DNA of 37,609 nucleotides from the NCBI GenBank assembly GCA_008080735.1, contig SHMW01000039.1, positions 1-37,609 on the forward strand, in the 5' to 3' direction. The position numbers and the translations under genes were made by a program. The DNA is from Promethearchaeota archaeon (GTDB lineage Archaea; Asgardarchaeota; Lokiarchaeia; Sigyniarchaeales; SOKP01). Shown here piece by piece: positions 9,944-19,489 of the stretch; position 1 is the stretch's first letter; each line of letters opens with the position of its first letter. A model generated the notes under the pieces. It was not told the DNA's origin and searched no databases. It was given only the letters and a program-made list of their open reading frames with translations.

Positions 9944-11218
9944 ATGAGTTTTTCACAAAATGATATTAAGTTTTTTATTGGAATGATTCCACCCCAAAGT
10001 GTTGAAGATGGAACGGTTCACCTTATTCCATCGTTCGGAAATATTGGTGTTATTGAAACAAATGAGGGATTAGTTGTTTTTGATATAGCATTACGGCAAT
10101 TTGCTCGAAGAAATTTCAAAACACTCAGAAAAATCACTAAAAAACCAATCAAATACCTTATCTTTAGTCATGGGCATTTTGATCATTGTTATGGATTTGA
10201 ACCATTTATCAGTGAAATTAAAGAAAAAGGCTGGGAAATGCCTGAAATAATCGCTCATGAGAATGTCTATAAACGATTTAAAAAATATCAGATGCTTGAT
10301 GATTATCATCGATGGTTAAATGCGCAACAGTTCTCTTCAGTTATGGGAAGGTCTAATGATGTGATTGAACCCGACAAGATCCTGAAACCAACTGTAATGT
10401 TGGATGGAAAAGAACCATACCTATTTGATTTTGGAGATATTGAGTTTGAAGTTAATCATGATATCGGTGAGACGGATGATTCCAGTTGGTTGTGGGTACC
10501 CGAAAAAGAATTGATCTGCAGTGGAGATCTTATGATTTCTTCTTATCCAAATGTTGGAAATCCCTATAAAGTTCAGAGATATCCTAAAAGATGGGCAATC
10601 GCCATGGAAAATATGATGGAAAAAGAAGCAAAATATATTATTCCAGGTCATGGAAAAATGATTGAAGGAAAAGAAAACGTTCGAGAGGTGTTAGAAATTA
10701 CTGCTGAGGCCATGCATTTTGTCCATGATGAGGTTGTAAAGCGTTTAAATGAAGGAAAATGGTTTGAACAAATATTTCATGAAATGCTCGAAATATATCC
10801 GGATAAATTTAAGAATCACGAATATCTGAGACCGCTTTATGGTTGCTATAGATTTGCGATTCATGCAGTGTATAGATTATACCATGGATGGTACGATACT
10901 GGAAATCCTACAGATCTTTTTCCAGCAAGATCTCATGAGATTGCTCAAGAATTTTTAAAGATATCCAAACCAGAAGAGTATTTTAATCACGCCAAAAATC
11001 TTCTTAAACAACAAAAATTTCAGCTTGCTCTTCATATGTTAGATGTTATCATTAAAGCAGAAAAAAATGTACCAGAGGAGCTCTTATTAGATGCTCTAAA
11101 AATTAAACAAGAGATTTTAGAACAAAAAGTTGAGCGAGAGCCTTCATTTATAGTTCGAAATATTTTAAACAACGGTGCAAAACGGATCAAATCAAGTATT
11201 AAGTCTCAGAAAAAATAA
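9944..11218 (+). CDS. Alkyl-sulfatase-like metallo-beta-lactamase fold hydrolase (SdsA1-related)
   Basis: FSHGHFDH, GETDD, SGDL..YPNVGNPYKVQRY, IPGHG, and Y.GWYDTGNPTDLFP dimerisation-domain motif. Confidence 0.82.
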   Translation: MSFSQNDIKFFIGMIPPQSVEDGTVHLIPSFGNIGVIETNEGLVVFDIALRQFARRNFKTLRKITKKPIKYLIFSHGHFDHCYGFEPFISEIKEKGWEMPEIIAHENVYKRFKKYQMLDDYHRWLNAQQFSSVMGRSNDVIEPDKILKPTVMLDGKEPYLFDFGDIEFEVNHDIGETDDSSWLWVPEKELICSGDLMISSYPNVGNPYKVQRYPKRWAIAMENMMEKEAKYIIPGHGKMIEGKENVREVLEITAEAMHFVHDEVVKRLNEGKWFEQIFHEMLEIYPDKFKNHEYLRPLYGCYRFAIHAVYRLYHGWYDTGNPTDLFPARSHEIAQEFLKISKPEEYFNHAKNLLKQQKFQLALHMLDVIIKAEKNVPEELLLDALKIKQEILEQKVEREPSFIVRNILNNGAKRIKSSIKSQKK

Positions 11219-11260
11219 TATGAGAAGCCAAAAAGATTAAAAATTTAGAGTGATTGGGAG

Positions 11261-12106
11261 ATGTCTGATAAAAAGAGCGTAAAAGAGTATCAAAAGGCTG
11301 GACAAGAGATTTTTGATAGGCTACACATTCAAACTTACCCAATCGGGATAAAATATATTAAGAGTGTTAATCAAATTCCATCAGAAGCAATACTACCTTC
11401 CACACAAGGTAAGATGATGAGTATTTGCCAAGCATTCTATATGTCCCGTAAGTTTGGAAATATTTATGCTATCACAGCTGCAGATAATTTTTGCACCCCC
11501 TCAAGTGTTGCCCATGGATGGGTTAATATCTCTGAGGAAGAATTCATCGAAAGTCAAGTCCGCCAAGGATGGCATAAAGATGAAAAAGCAGAAAAAAGAA
11601 GAGCAAAAAAATTATATTCAACAAATTTTAAAAATATTATAAAATTGGGATTTTGCGGCTTAATCTCGTTTCCCTTACATAAAGCTCCGGATATTCCCGA
11701 TACTGTTCTTATGTTTGGGAATGGAGCACAATTGACACACATTATTCATGCGCTAAGTTTTGAACATAAAACAAAATATAGTATTAAATCAAGTTTTGAA
11801 GGATTTGGAGAATCTTGTGGAAAGGGAGGATTAATGCCCTTTCTTATGCGGAAAGCGCAGATTGTAATACCAGGCTCAGGAGATAGAGCTTTTGCTGGTA
11901 TTCAAGATTATGAGATCGGGATTGGAATGCCTGCCCAGCATATATTTTATATTATAGAGAATTTGTTCAAGACGGGAGGCAGGCAAGGACTCGGATTTCC
12001 CGTAAAAAGTATGATTCCTTTGAATTTAACAACAGATCTAACACCTGGATTTAGATATATGAAAGATCTTATCGATAAAAAGCTAGGTGAGTCTAAAAAA
12101 AAGTAG
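11261..12106 (+). CDS. DUF169 (COG2043) family protein, paralog of 6678-7526
   Basis: YPIGIKY, SICQAFYMSR, DNFC, GESC and PGSGDR, colinear with the 6678 protein. Confidence 0.8.
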   Translation: MSDKKSVKEYQKAGQEIFDRLHIQTYPIGIKYIKSVNQIPSEAILPSTQGKMMSICQAFYMSRKFGNIYAITAADNFCTPSSVAHGWVNISEEEFIESQVRQGWHKDEKAEKRRAKKLYSTNFKNIIKLGFCGLISFPLHKAPDIPDTVLMFGNGAQLTHIIHALSFEHKTKYSIKSSFEGFGESCGKGGLMPFLMRKAQIVIPGSGDRAFAGIQDYEIGIGMPAQHIFYIIENLFKTGGRQGLGFPVKSMIPLNLTTDLTPGFRYMKDLIDKKLGESKKK

Positions 12107-12118
12107 ATAGTGAAAAAA

Positions 12119-13048
12119 ATGATTAGCCAAAAAAAGATTCTAAATGATGGAAAACTCCACCTCTTTTTATTAGGGACAGGAGGTCCGATGAATAATGATG
12201 TACGAGTGGCTTCTAGCATAGGTGTAATCGCTGGAGGAGAATTTATTTTAATTGATGTAGGTCCAGGATCATACAGGAATGTTGATGTTCTCCGACTACC
12301 AGCAGAGAAGCTAAGTGCAGTGTTTCTTACGCATTTTCATTCAGATCATATTGGAGATCTTGGGGAAGCAAACATGTTATCATGGGTTAATGGTCGGGCG
12401 AAAGCTCTAGAGGTTTATGGACCAGATGGTGTGGAAAAGATTGTAAAAGGGTTTGAGCTTGCATATGAATCAGATACTGAATACCGGATCGCCCATCATG
12501 GAAATCAGATCGTAACAAGAGAAAATGGAAAGATGATTGCTAAAAAAGTTATATTAGAAAAAAATAATGAGAAATATTTATGTTTTGATAGAAATGGTCT
12601 TAAGGTGTTCGCATTTAAAGCTGCACATCCCCCAATAGAGCCAGCTTATAGTTATAGAGTTGAATATCGTGGAAATGTAGTGGTAATTACCGGTGATACG
12701 ATAAAAACAGATAATTTAGTAAAGCATTGCAAAAAGGCGGATATATTGATAAGTGAAGCTATCTCATTTAAGATGATTAATAATCTCATAGCTGGAGCAA
12801 AAAAGCTTGGACTCGAAAGATATGCTAAAATATTAACAGATATTCAGAATTATCATATGAATCCAATAACAGCGGCAGAGTTAGCCAAGGAAGCGAAAGT
12901 TAAAAAACTCGTGCTCGTTCATATCACCCCACCTTTGTCTAGTGAGAAAGCTCAAGAGCTTTATTTAATGGGAGTTAATGAAGTCTTTGATGGTGAAATT
13001 ATATTAGGAGAAGATGGGATGAGATTTAATCTGGATCCAAATAATTAA
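12119..13048 (+). CDS. RNase Z/AtsA-like metallo-beta-lactamase fold hydrolase (possible arylsulfatase)
   Basis: LLGTGGP, THFHSDHIGD, TGDT, YH..P..A and LVLVHITP; ATG at 12119 (GTG at 12110 possible). Confidence 0.82.
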   Translation: MISQKKILNDGKLHLFLLGTGGPMNNDVRVASSIGVIAGGEFILIDVGPGSYRNVDVLRLPAEKLSAVFLTHFHSDHIGDLGEANMLSWVNGRAKALEVYGPDGVEKIVKGFELAYESDTEYRIAHHGNQIVTRENGKMIAKKVILEKNNEKYLCFDRNGLKVFAFKAAHPPIEPAYSYRVEYRGNVVVITGDTIKTDNLVKHCKKADILISEAISFKMINNLIAGAKKLGLERYAKILTDIQNYHMNPITAAELAKEAKVKKLVLVHITPPLSSEKAQELYLMGVNEVFDGEIILGEDGMRFNLDPNN

Positions 13049-13097
13049 TGAATTTATAGATAGATTGTATCAAATTAAAAAATTAAATTAAAATAAT

Positions 13098-14237
13098 ATG
13101 AATTTGAAAGAATTAAAACAAGAAGTAAATAATATCGTGTTAGATGGAGGGGCAAAATTGGTAGGAGTAGGAAGGAGAGAGAGATTAAAAGATGCACCCC
13201 CATCAGGGGATATGGAATACTGTCTTCCAGACGCTCAGAGTTGCATCATTTGGGCCTACCCGAATCCTATAGAAGCATTGGAAAATTACTTTTCAAAAAA
13301 GGAACGGATGAGCATTAAAAAATTCCAACATTTTGCCTACAAAAGTGCTTGGGATACAGGTTTAAAATTAAAAGAATTTATTGAAGAGAATTCAATTTAC
13401 AAGGCATTTGTTGTGATACCAAATGGAAAATATAGGAAAGCAGGAGGTTATACTAATTTTATGAAAGTGGATCAAGCATATCCCAGATTTTCCTTACGAT
13501 ATGGTGGAGTAGCAGCTGGATTAGGTCATCTAGGGTGGTCAGGAAATTTAGTTACTAAAGAATTTGGTGGATCCATATATCTAGGAGGTATTCTTACAAC
13601 TGCTCCCTTGGAACCCGATCCAATGGCAAAAGAAAATTATTGTAATAACTGTAAAATATGTTGGCAATCCTGTACAACTGGGTATTTTGAAAAGGATCTA
13701 GAAGAGGCACAGCAAGAAGTTATAATCGGAGGGAAAAGAGAAGTATATGCAAAGCGGGGGACTTATTCTAAATGTGGAAACGGATGTGCAGGCTTATCTG
13801 GGCTGTCTGAGGATGGTAAATGGACCACGTGGACAGCAGATCATATCTGCTTAAAAGAATATGCAAATGAAGAGTGGGAAGCTAACCCTTCCTTAAAAAG
13901 GGAACTGATCAGGAAGGTAATAGTTGATAAAAATACGCCAAAAAAAATAAGGAACTTCAATAAAAAAATTCTCAAATCGTATGCTGGAGTTGGCACGACA
14001 GAAAATGTTGCTTTACGTCCGCTAGAAGATACAAATCCTAGATGTGGAAATTGTAATTTCATCTGTGTTGCCGATCTAAAGAAGAGGGTAGAACTATTGA
14101 AACTATTGAAAACTTCTGGAAAAGTATTTTTAGATGAAAATGGAAGAGAATATGTGAAAAAATTAAAAAAAGATGGGGAGGAGATAATATATTATCCACC
14201 TACCGAAGAGGAATTTTTTAATACGAATTCTAATTAA
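13098..14237 (+). CDS. QueG/reductive-dehalogenase-like Fe-S protein with extended C-terminus
   Basis: FSLRYGGVAAGLGHLGWSGNLVTKEFGGSIYLGGILTTAPLEPD, CNNCKICWQSC, KCGNGCAG and CGNCNFIC. Confidence 0.8.
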   Translation: MNLKELKQEVNNIVLDGGAKLVGVGRRERLKDAPPSGDMEYCLPDAQSCIIWAYPNPIEALENYFSKKERMSIKKFQHFAYKSAWDTGLKLKEFIEENSIYKAFVVIPNGKYRKAGGYTNFMKVDQAYPRFSLRYGGVAAGLGHLGWSGNLVTKEFGGSIYLGGILTTAPLEPDPMAKENYCNNCKICWQSCTTGYFEKDLEEAQQEVIIGGKREVYAKRGTYSKCGNGCAGLSGLSEDGKWTTWTADHICLKEYANEEWEANPSLKRELIRKVIVDKNTPKKIRNFNKKILKSYAGVGTTENVALRPLEDTNPRCGNCNFICVADLKKRVELLKLLKTSGKVFLDENGREYVKKLKKDGEEIIYYPPTEEEFFNTNSN

Positions 14238-14291
14238 GCAGATTCTAAAAAAAATAGGTTCATTAATTAAAGATTTGGATGGAAAAATCGA

Positions 14292-15788
14292 ATGTCAGCT
14301 AAAACGAATGTATTATTCTTTATTACCGATCAACAACGTGTTGATCATCTGAGTTGCTATGGAAATCAAGTTTTACGCACACCAAATATAGATAGGATTG
14401 CTGAAGATGGCATTCGCTTCACAAACTATTACTGCAATACTCCTATATGTATGCCAAATAGGGCGAATTTCTTCACGGGATCGTACCCAAGCGTCCATGG
14501 AACGAGATCAAACGGTATCAATCTCAATCCAAATGAAAAAACAATCGCAGACTCGCTAAGGGAAAAAGGCTATCACACGGTTAGCATTGGAAAGACACAT
14601 TTTAATTTTTTCTCCCATCCGTTTACGAGAAAAGTTTCTTCTTTAGAAGATATTGCGCGTTGGATGGCGGGCAATATCCCTAAACCATTCCCAACACCCT
14701 ATTATGGGTTCGAAGAGGTTTTATTGACAGTGGGACATGGAGATGTCATGGGTGGACACTATTTTGAATGGCTCAAGGAACAAGGATACGAAGAATTAGA
14801 GAAATTGAAAAATCGATTTTTAGCTATCAATGAAACATATTATGAGACCGACCTACCCGAAGATTTATACCCAACTTATTACATAACCCAGAAAAGCATT
14901 GAATTTCTTGAAAGATATGCCCAAGGAACCTACGATAATAAACCATTTTTTCTTCATTGCTCTTTTCCCGATCCCCACCATCCCGTATGTCCTCCAGGAC
15001 AGTATAAAGAACTCTACTCCCCCGAGGATGTCGAACTACCTCCCAGTTTCGATGATGCTAAGAATCTCCTTGAGCATCCTTTTATTGGACAACATATAAA
15101 AAATGCACGTTTTCGACATTTATTACCGCAAAATGTTGATAAAGAAACGACTAAAAGGTTCACCGCTTTAACTTATGGGTCTATCTCAATGATTGATGAT
15201 GGAATTGGAGCAATACTAAATAAACTAGAAGAGCTGGGACTCTCTGAAAACACAATGATTATTTTTACAAGCGATCATGGAGATTTATGTGGGGATCATG
15301 GATTAATCCTGAAAGGACCAGCTCATTACAGAGGTTTAATAAATATTCCTCTTTTGTGGAAGATATCAGGAAAAACTAAAAATAACGTTTCAGATTCATT
15401 AATTTCAACCATAGATCTTCCGAAAACAATCTTAAATCTTTTAGGAATAAGAGAAAAATATCATCCAAAGAGAATGCAGGGATATGATTTTTCTGCGGTA
15501 TTAGAAAACCCAGAAAAAAAAATACGGGACCAAATCCTTATTGAGCATGATGAGGAGATTTCAAAGGATAAAATAATGAGACTTCGCACTTTAGTAACTG
15601 AGAATTATCGCTATACATTGTACGACAGCGTGTCCGAATTTGGAGATATCTTTAATCTGAAGGATGATCCTTATGAAATGAATAATTTGTGGTATAAAGA
15701 AAACTTAAGAAATCAATTAAATACTCGAATGCTCAGAGAAATTATAAATCTTTACCCCAGATATCCAGAAAGAACGGCTTATAATTAA
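14292..15788 (+). CDS. Cys-type sulfatase-family hydrolase, paralog of 3809-5317
   Basis: TDQQRVDH, CMPNRANFFTG, DPHHPVCPPG and TSDHGD; colinear similarity to the 3809 protein throughout. Confidence 0.93.
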   Translation: MSAKTNVLFFITDQQRVDHLSCYGNQVLRTPNIDRIAEDGIRFTNYYCNTPICMPNRANFFTGSYPSVHGTRSNGINLNPNEKTIADSLREKGYHTVSIGKTHFNFFSHPFTRKVSSLEDIARWMAGNIPKPFPTPYYGFEEVLLTVGHGDVMGGHYFEWLKEQGYEELEKLKNRFLAINETYYETDLPEDLYPTYYITQKSIEFLERYAQGTYDNKPFFLHCSFPDPHHPVCPPGQYKELYSPEDVELPPSFDDAKNLLEHPFIGQHIKNARFRHLLPQNVDKETTKRFTALTYGSISMIDDGIGAILNKLEELGLSENTMIIFTSDHGDLCGDHGLILKGPAHYRGLINIPLLWKISGKTKNNVSDSLISTIDLPKTILNLLGIREKYHPKRMQGYDFSAVLENPEKKIRDQILIEHDEEISKDKIMRLRTLVTENYRYTLYDSVSEFGDIFNLKDDPYEMNNLWYKENLRNQLNTRMLREIINLYPRYPERTAYN

Positions 15789-15885
15789 AAAATAAGACCA
15801 TTTTTTTGATTACTAAATAAACAAATTAAATAAAGAATTTATCTCTTGATTCAATTTTCTTACCTAGAGATAGAAGGATAATAAA

Positions 15886-16569
15886 ATGAAAAAATCAAAA
15901 AATAAAAAATCTTCAGAAGAATATATGGAAGAGATTATGTCTTTTATTAATCAAAATCCTTCTGGAGTGACTATCACAGATATTGCTAATGGAATCAGCA
16001 CTTCGCGTGTTACAGCGGGAAAGTATATTGCAATCCTTTTAGAAAGACAAGAAGTGTTTTTTAAAGAAATTGGGGCCTATAAACTCTATTATAGTACAAA
16101 AAGCAAATTAATCCCCCGCGAATTAATATATTCCTACTTTACCGGCCTTTTATCTGGTTTAGATAAAATTATTGAGAATAAAGAACAATTAAAATTAATA
16201 GGAGAAGCAATTTCTGAGAGAACAGATTTTCCCTATGGTTCGAAATTTCCAGAGGAAGTCCTTCCAAAAAATAACAGTCGCTCTGTTATTAAATTTCTCA
16301 CTTATTTTGGCTCTATGATACCATTCGTGCCATTTGTATATCGAAACAAAATTGAAGTAAATACAAAAATTCTTAAAGAACAAAAAAAGGCATTTTATCG
16401 AATCAAAAATCTACGAGATTTGTCTGAATTTATGCAAAATCACTTCTATATTATGATAGGAGTAATTGAGCATTCAATCAAGAAGAAATTAGGAATAGAG
16501 GTAAAATGTGAAGTTGTGAAGATGGATTTAGAAAATAATGTTGTAGAAATATCTCTTGAATTCATTTAA
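15886..16569 (+). CDS. Winged-helix regulator with C-terminal V4R/H-NOX-like ligand-binding domain
   Basis: NPSGVTITDIANGISTSRVTAGKYI HTH; C-terminal HFYIMIGVIE..LGIEVKCEV resembles V4R-fold ends. Confidence 0.65.
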   Translation: MKKSKNKKSSEEYMEEIMSFINQNPSGVTITDIANGISTSRVTAGKYIAILLERQEVFFKEIGAYKLYYSTKSKLIPRELIYSYFTGLLSGLDKIIENKEQLKLIGEAISERTDFPYGSKFPEEVLPKNNSRSVIKFLTYFGSMIPFVPFVYRNKIEVNTKILKEQKKAFYRIKNLRDLSEFMQNHFYIMIGVIEHSIKKKLGIEVKCEVVKMDLENNVVEISLEFI

Positions 16570-16582
16570 AAGACAACCTACC

Positions 16583-17323
16583 TTATCCAGCTTTCATGCC
16601 TCCATCAATCGGGATTATCGTACCCGTTTGCCATGATGATTGATCAGAGGCTAAATAGAGGATTGCTCCAAAAACATCTTTTGGTGTTCCAATCCTCCCT
16701 AAAGGATGCATCTCCCGTGAAATTTCCAGCGCTTTTTCTGAGGTTGTCAATTTTGCAGAGGCAGATAAAGGAGTATCCACTAAACCTAAAGCAACTCCAT
16801 TAAAACGAATTCCTCTGGATGCATACGTAATTGCCGCTGATCGTATCATAGCTTCAAGACCCCCTTTCGCAGCACTAATTGCTTCATGATTGCGTAAACC
16901 CTTTGAACCTGCTACAGAGGATATAATTATAATTGATCCCTCTTTTCTTCTCATCATTCCACGAATCACGGCTTTGATAGCTAAAAATGCAGATGTTAGA
17001 TTTATTTTTATTGTATCTTGAAATTCCTTTTCTTTTAAAATATGAATGGGTTTTAGAAGAATAGACCCGATAGCATGGATTAGAACGTCAATTTTTCCAA
17101 ACTTCTCCTCACCTTTTTTTACAATTCTACGCAAATCTTCCAACTTTGTTGCATCCCCAGAAATCGCGATTGAATCATTGAGTTTGGCATTTAAGTTATC
17201 CAAATCTTCTTCACTCCTCGCAACTAAAATGAGTTTCGCCCCCAATTTGGATGCCTCTTTAGCAATTTGGGCACCAATTCCCCCAGTTGCACCCAATAAA
17301 AGAATCACTTTATCCTTCAACAT
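16583..17323 (-). CDS. SDR-family oxidoreductase (atypical, catalytic Tyr absent)
   Basis: GATGGIG Rossmann motif, ISSVAG, HEAISAAKGG, HPLGRIG and IPIDGG; GGTGG SD before ATG 17323. Confidence 0.9.
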   Translation of the reverse strand: MLKDKVILLLGATGGIGAQIAKEASKLGAKLILVARSEEDLDNLNAKLNDSIAISGDATKLEDLRRIVKKGEEKFGKIDVLIHAIGSILLKPIHILKEKEFQDTIKINLTSAFLAIKAVIRGMMRRKEGSIIIISSVAGSKGLRNHEAISAAKGGLEAMIRSAAITYASRGIRFNGVALGLVDTPLSASAKLTTSEKALEISREMHPLGRIGTPKDVFGAILYLASDQSSWQTGTIIPIDGGMKAG

Positions 17324-17540
17324 TATTTTCCACCATTTATAGTTAATAAACACTATAATTACTCTTTTATATAAATTCGCCCCGTATATTTCATAAAGGC
17401 ATGAAGACACTTCTTATTCTTAGACTGTCCAATAACAGACAAGATTTTCTGAGAATTAAAAAATTGTGAAATGGAAATTAAGTCCCAATTATTCATAGAT
17501 CGATAGAAATTTTAAATATGATTTGATGAATTACTATTAT

Positions 17541-18485
17541 ATGAAAAAGCGATATTTGTTGCTTATTTATATAGCTTTGGTCACTCTGATTACATTGATA
17601 TTTTTATATCCAAGCTTTTTCTTTCCCGGAGTAAATCCGCTCGCAGTGGATCTGATAATCATTAACATTATAATCTATTTGATTAGAACGCCGATCATAA
17701 GGATTATTGCTTATATATTCAGAAAACGCCTCATCAGAATAGTAATAACGAGTTTAATCAATATTACTTGGGGAGTTTTCTTACTTGGTCTCTTATTTGC
17801 GCTTTCACTTGAAACTTTCATCGCTGTCTTATCCTTCTTGATTATCGCAGTCTCATTAACGTTCAAGAAGTTGATAAACAACATCACATCAGGAGTACTT
17901 ATGCTGACCACGGAGCAATTTGAGATCGGAGATCTAATTGATACAAACGGTGTTCAAGGGCAAGTCCAAGAAATCACCTTAAACCAAACAAAATTGAAGG
18001 AATTTGATGGGGTAAATGTGGTGGTGCCTAATAGCAATATTTTTGGAACTATGATAACGAAATTCACCTATAAAGTCCAAACACTAGTTGATTTAAAGAT
18101 TGAAGATGATGAAGAGGAGGATGAGGGAGACAGAACAGATTACAAGAAATATATAGAAAAAGCACAGCAGTTGTTTGAAGAAGATAAGAAAATCACCAGG
18201 TACGCCAAAAATGTGGAAATCACATCTGACGTTGAGCCTGAGGAGTTGGATAGACTGTTGAATGAGGTGTTTGATGAATACGAACCGCGCTTCGGTGTCA
18301 GACCTGATTACGTGGTAGATATGGTCACCGTCTCTCGATGCAAAATAGATTTATTAATCACAGCGGAGACTCCAACGCTTGTCCTTCAATATCTTGATGC
18401 ATTCTTACGAGATGTTCTATTCAAATTACATCATGATTCTATCTATAATAAATGGGAAGAATATAAAGAAAAATTGGAGGTTTAA
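17541..18485 (+). CDS. MscS-family mechanosensitive channel protein
   Basis: N-terminal TMs, NNITSGVLML..QFEIGDLID..GQVQEITLNQT..VVVPNS MscS beta-domain. Confidence 0.8.
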   Translation: MKKRYLLLIYIALVTLITLIFLYPSFFFPGVNPLAVDLIIINIIIYLIRTPIIRIIAYIFRKRLIRIVITSLINITWGVFLLGLLFALSLETFIAVLSFLIIAVSLTFKKLINNITSGVLMLTTEQFEIGDLIDTNGVQGQVQEITLNQTKLKEFDGVNVVVPNSNIFGTMITKFTYKVQTLVDLKIEDDEEEDEGDRTDYKKYIEKAQQLFEEDKKITRYAKNVEITSDVEPEELDRLLNEVFDEYEPRFGVRPDYVVDMVTVSRCKIDLLITAETPTLVLQYLDAFLRDVLFKLHHDSIYNKWEEYKEKLEV

Positions 18486-18491
18486 ATTAAG

Positions 18492-19391
18492 ATGGCATTA
18501 TTTAATACAGATTTAATGGCTTTGACTGTTCTTCTCATTGCGATTGGAGCATTCATCGGATTGAACAAATTGATAAGCTATCTATTGCGATCTACCAAAA
18601 GATTAACCGTAGAACAGAAAAACAAGTCGAATTTTGCATTTAAACTGATCTCTATTGTGGTTATTGTCTTTCTGGCAATCGAAGGATTTCCTTCCTTTGG
18701 AAACATTGACCCTGAGATTGCTGCAGTCTTAACGGGTTCCATAAGTACTGCTCTGGCATTTGCTTCAAGTGAAATCTTTGCTAACATTTTATCCGGACTC
18801 CTTTTGTTTATCATCGATCCATTTGATCTAGGACATATAGTTAAAATAAAGGGAAAGAAAGGAATTGTCAAGAAAATTACCTTTACCAAGGTGGTTATCG
18901 AAACGTTTAATAATATTATGATTGAAATCACCAATAATGAGATTGTAAATTCAAATATTATTAATTATACTATAGAATTGCAGGATATTGAAACGTTTGA
19001 GGATTTCAAAAATAAGATCCAAAGCCCCCAAGATAAAGGAAAAGCGAGGATAGATTTTGATCTCAATGATAAATTAAGAGATTATAAGGAAGAAATGGAA
19101 GAAATCTATGATGTATTCATAGAAAAAAATTATGAACAAATTCATTCCTACACTTTTCGGATGCGATTTGAATACGATAAATTCCGAATAAAAATTGATA
19201 GAATTAGTAAATTATGCGATGAGTATAAACAAAACTTCGGGTTTAAACCTCGATTTCATATCGTATGGTTTGGGAATCGAATTGGAGTTAAATTCCGTAT
19301 ATTGACCTTTAAAACTCAAAATGTTGTTCAGTATCAACCAAAATTCGCACACGAGCTCTATAAAATAAGCATGGGAGAAGAAAAGTTCTAA
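18492..19391 (+). CDS. MscS-family mechanosensitive channel protein
   Basis: ALAFASSEIFANILSGLLLFIIDPFDLGHIVKI..GIVKKIT; 6 nt after the previous gene. Confidence 0.8.
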   Translation: MALFNTDLMALTVLLIAIGAFIGLNKLISYLLRSTKRLTVEQKNKSNFAFKLISIVVIVFLAIEGFPSFGNIDPEIAAVLTGSISTALAFASSEIFANILSGLLLFIIDPFDLGHIVKIKGKKGIVKKITFTKVVIETFNNIMIEITNNEIVNSNIINYTIELQDIETFEDFKNKIQSPQDKGKARIDFDLNDKLRDYKEEMEEIYDVFIEKNYEQIHSYTFRMRFEYDKFRIKIDRISKLCDEYKQNFGFKPRFHIVWFGNRIGVKFRILTFKTQNVVQYQPKFAHELYKISMGEEKF

Positions 19392-19489
19392 AACAAATTA
19401 AATTTTCTTTCACTTTTTTTTAATAACCACTTATCTAAAATCTAAGAAAGAAAAAAGAAAAAAATATTGAATAATAAATCTTGTTCATT

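Noticed and set aside
12119-13048. Assignment as tRNA-processing RNase Z
   Set aside because: No clear tRNA-binding exosite arm, and the context is catabolic; symbol withheld.
9019-14237. Assignment as respiratory rdhA or queG
   Set aside because: No TAT signal or rdhB, short length and no queuosine context; only fold-level similarity is supportable.
17426-17441. TGTC-N8-GACA palindrome between the SDR and MscS genes
   Set aside because: Single short instance with no second copy noticed; cannot be told from chance.
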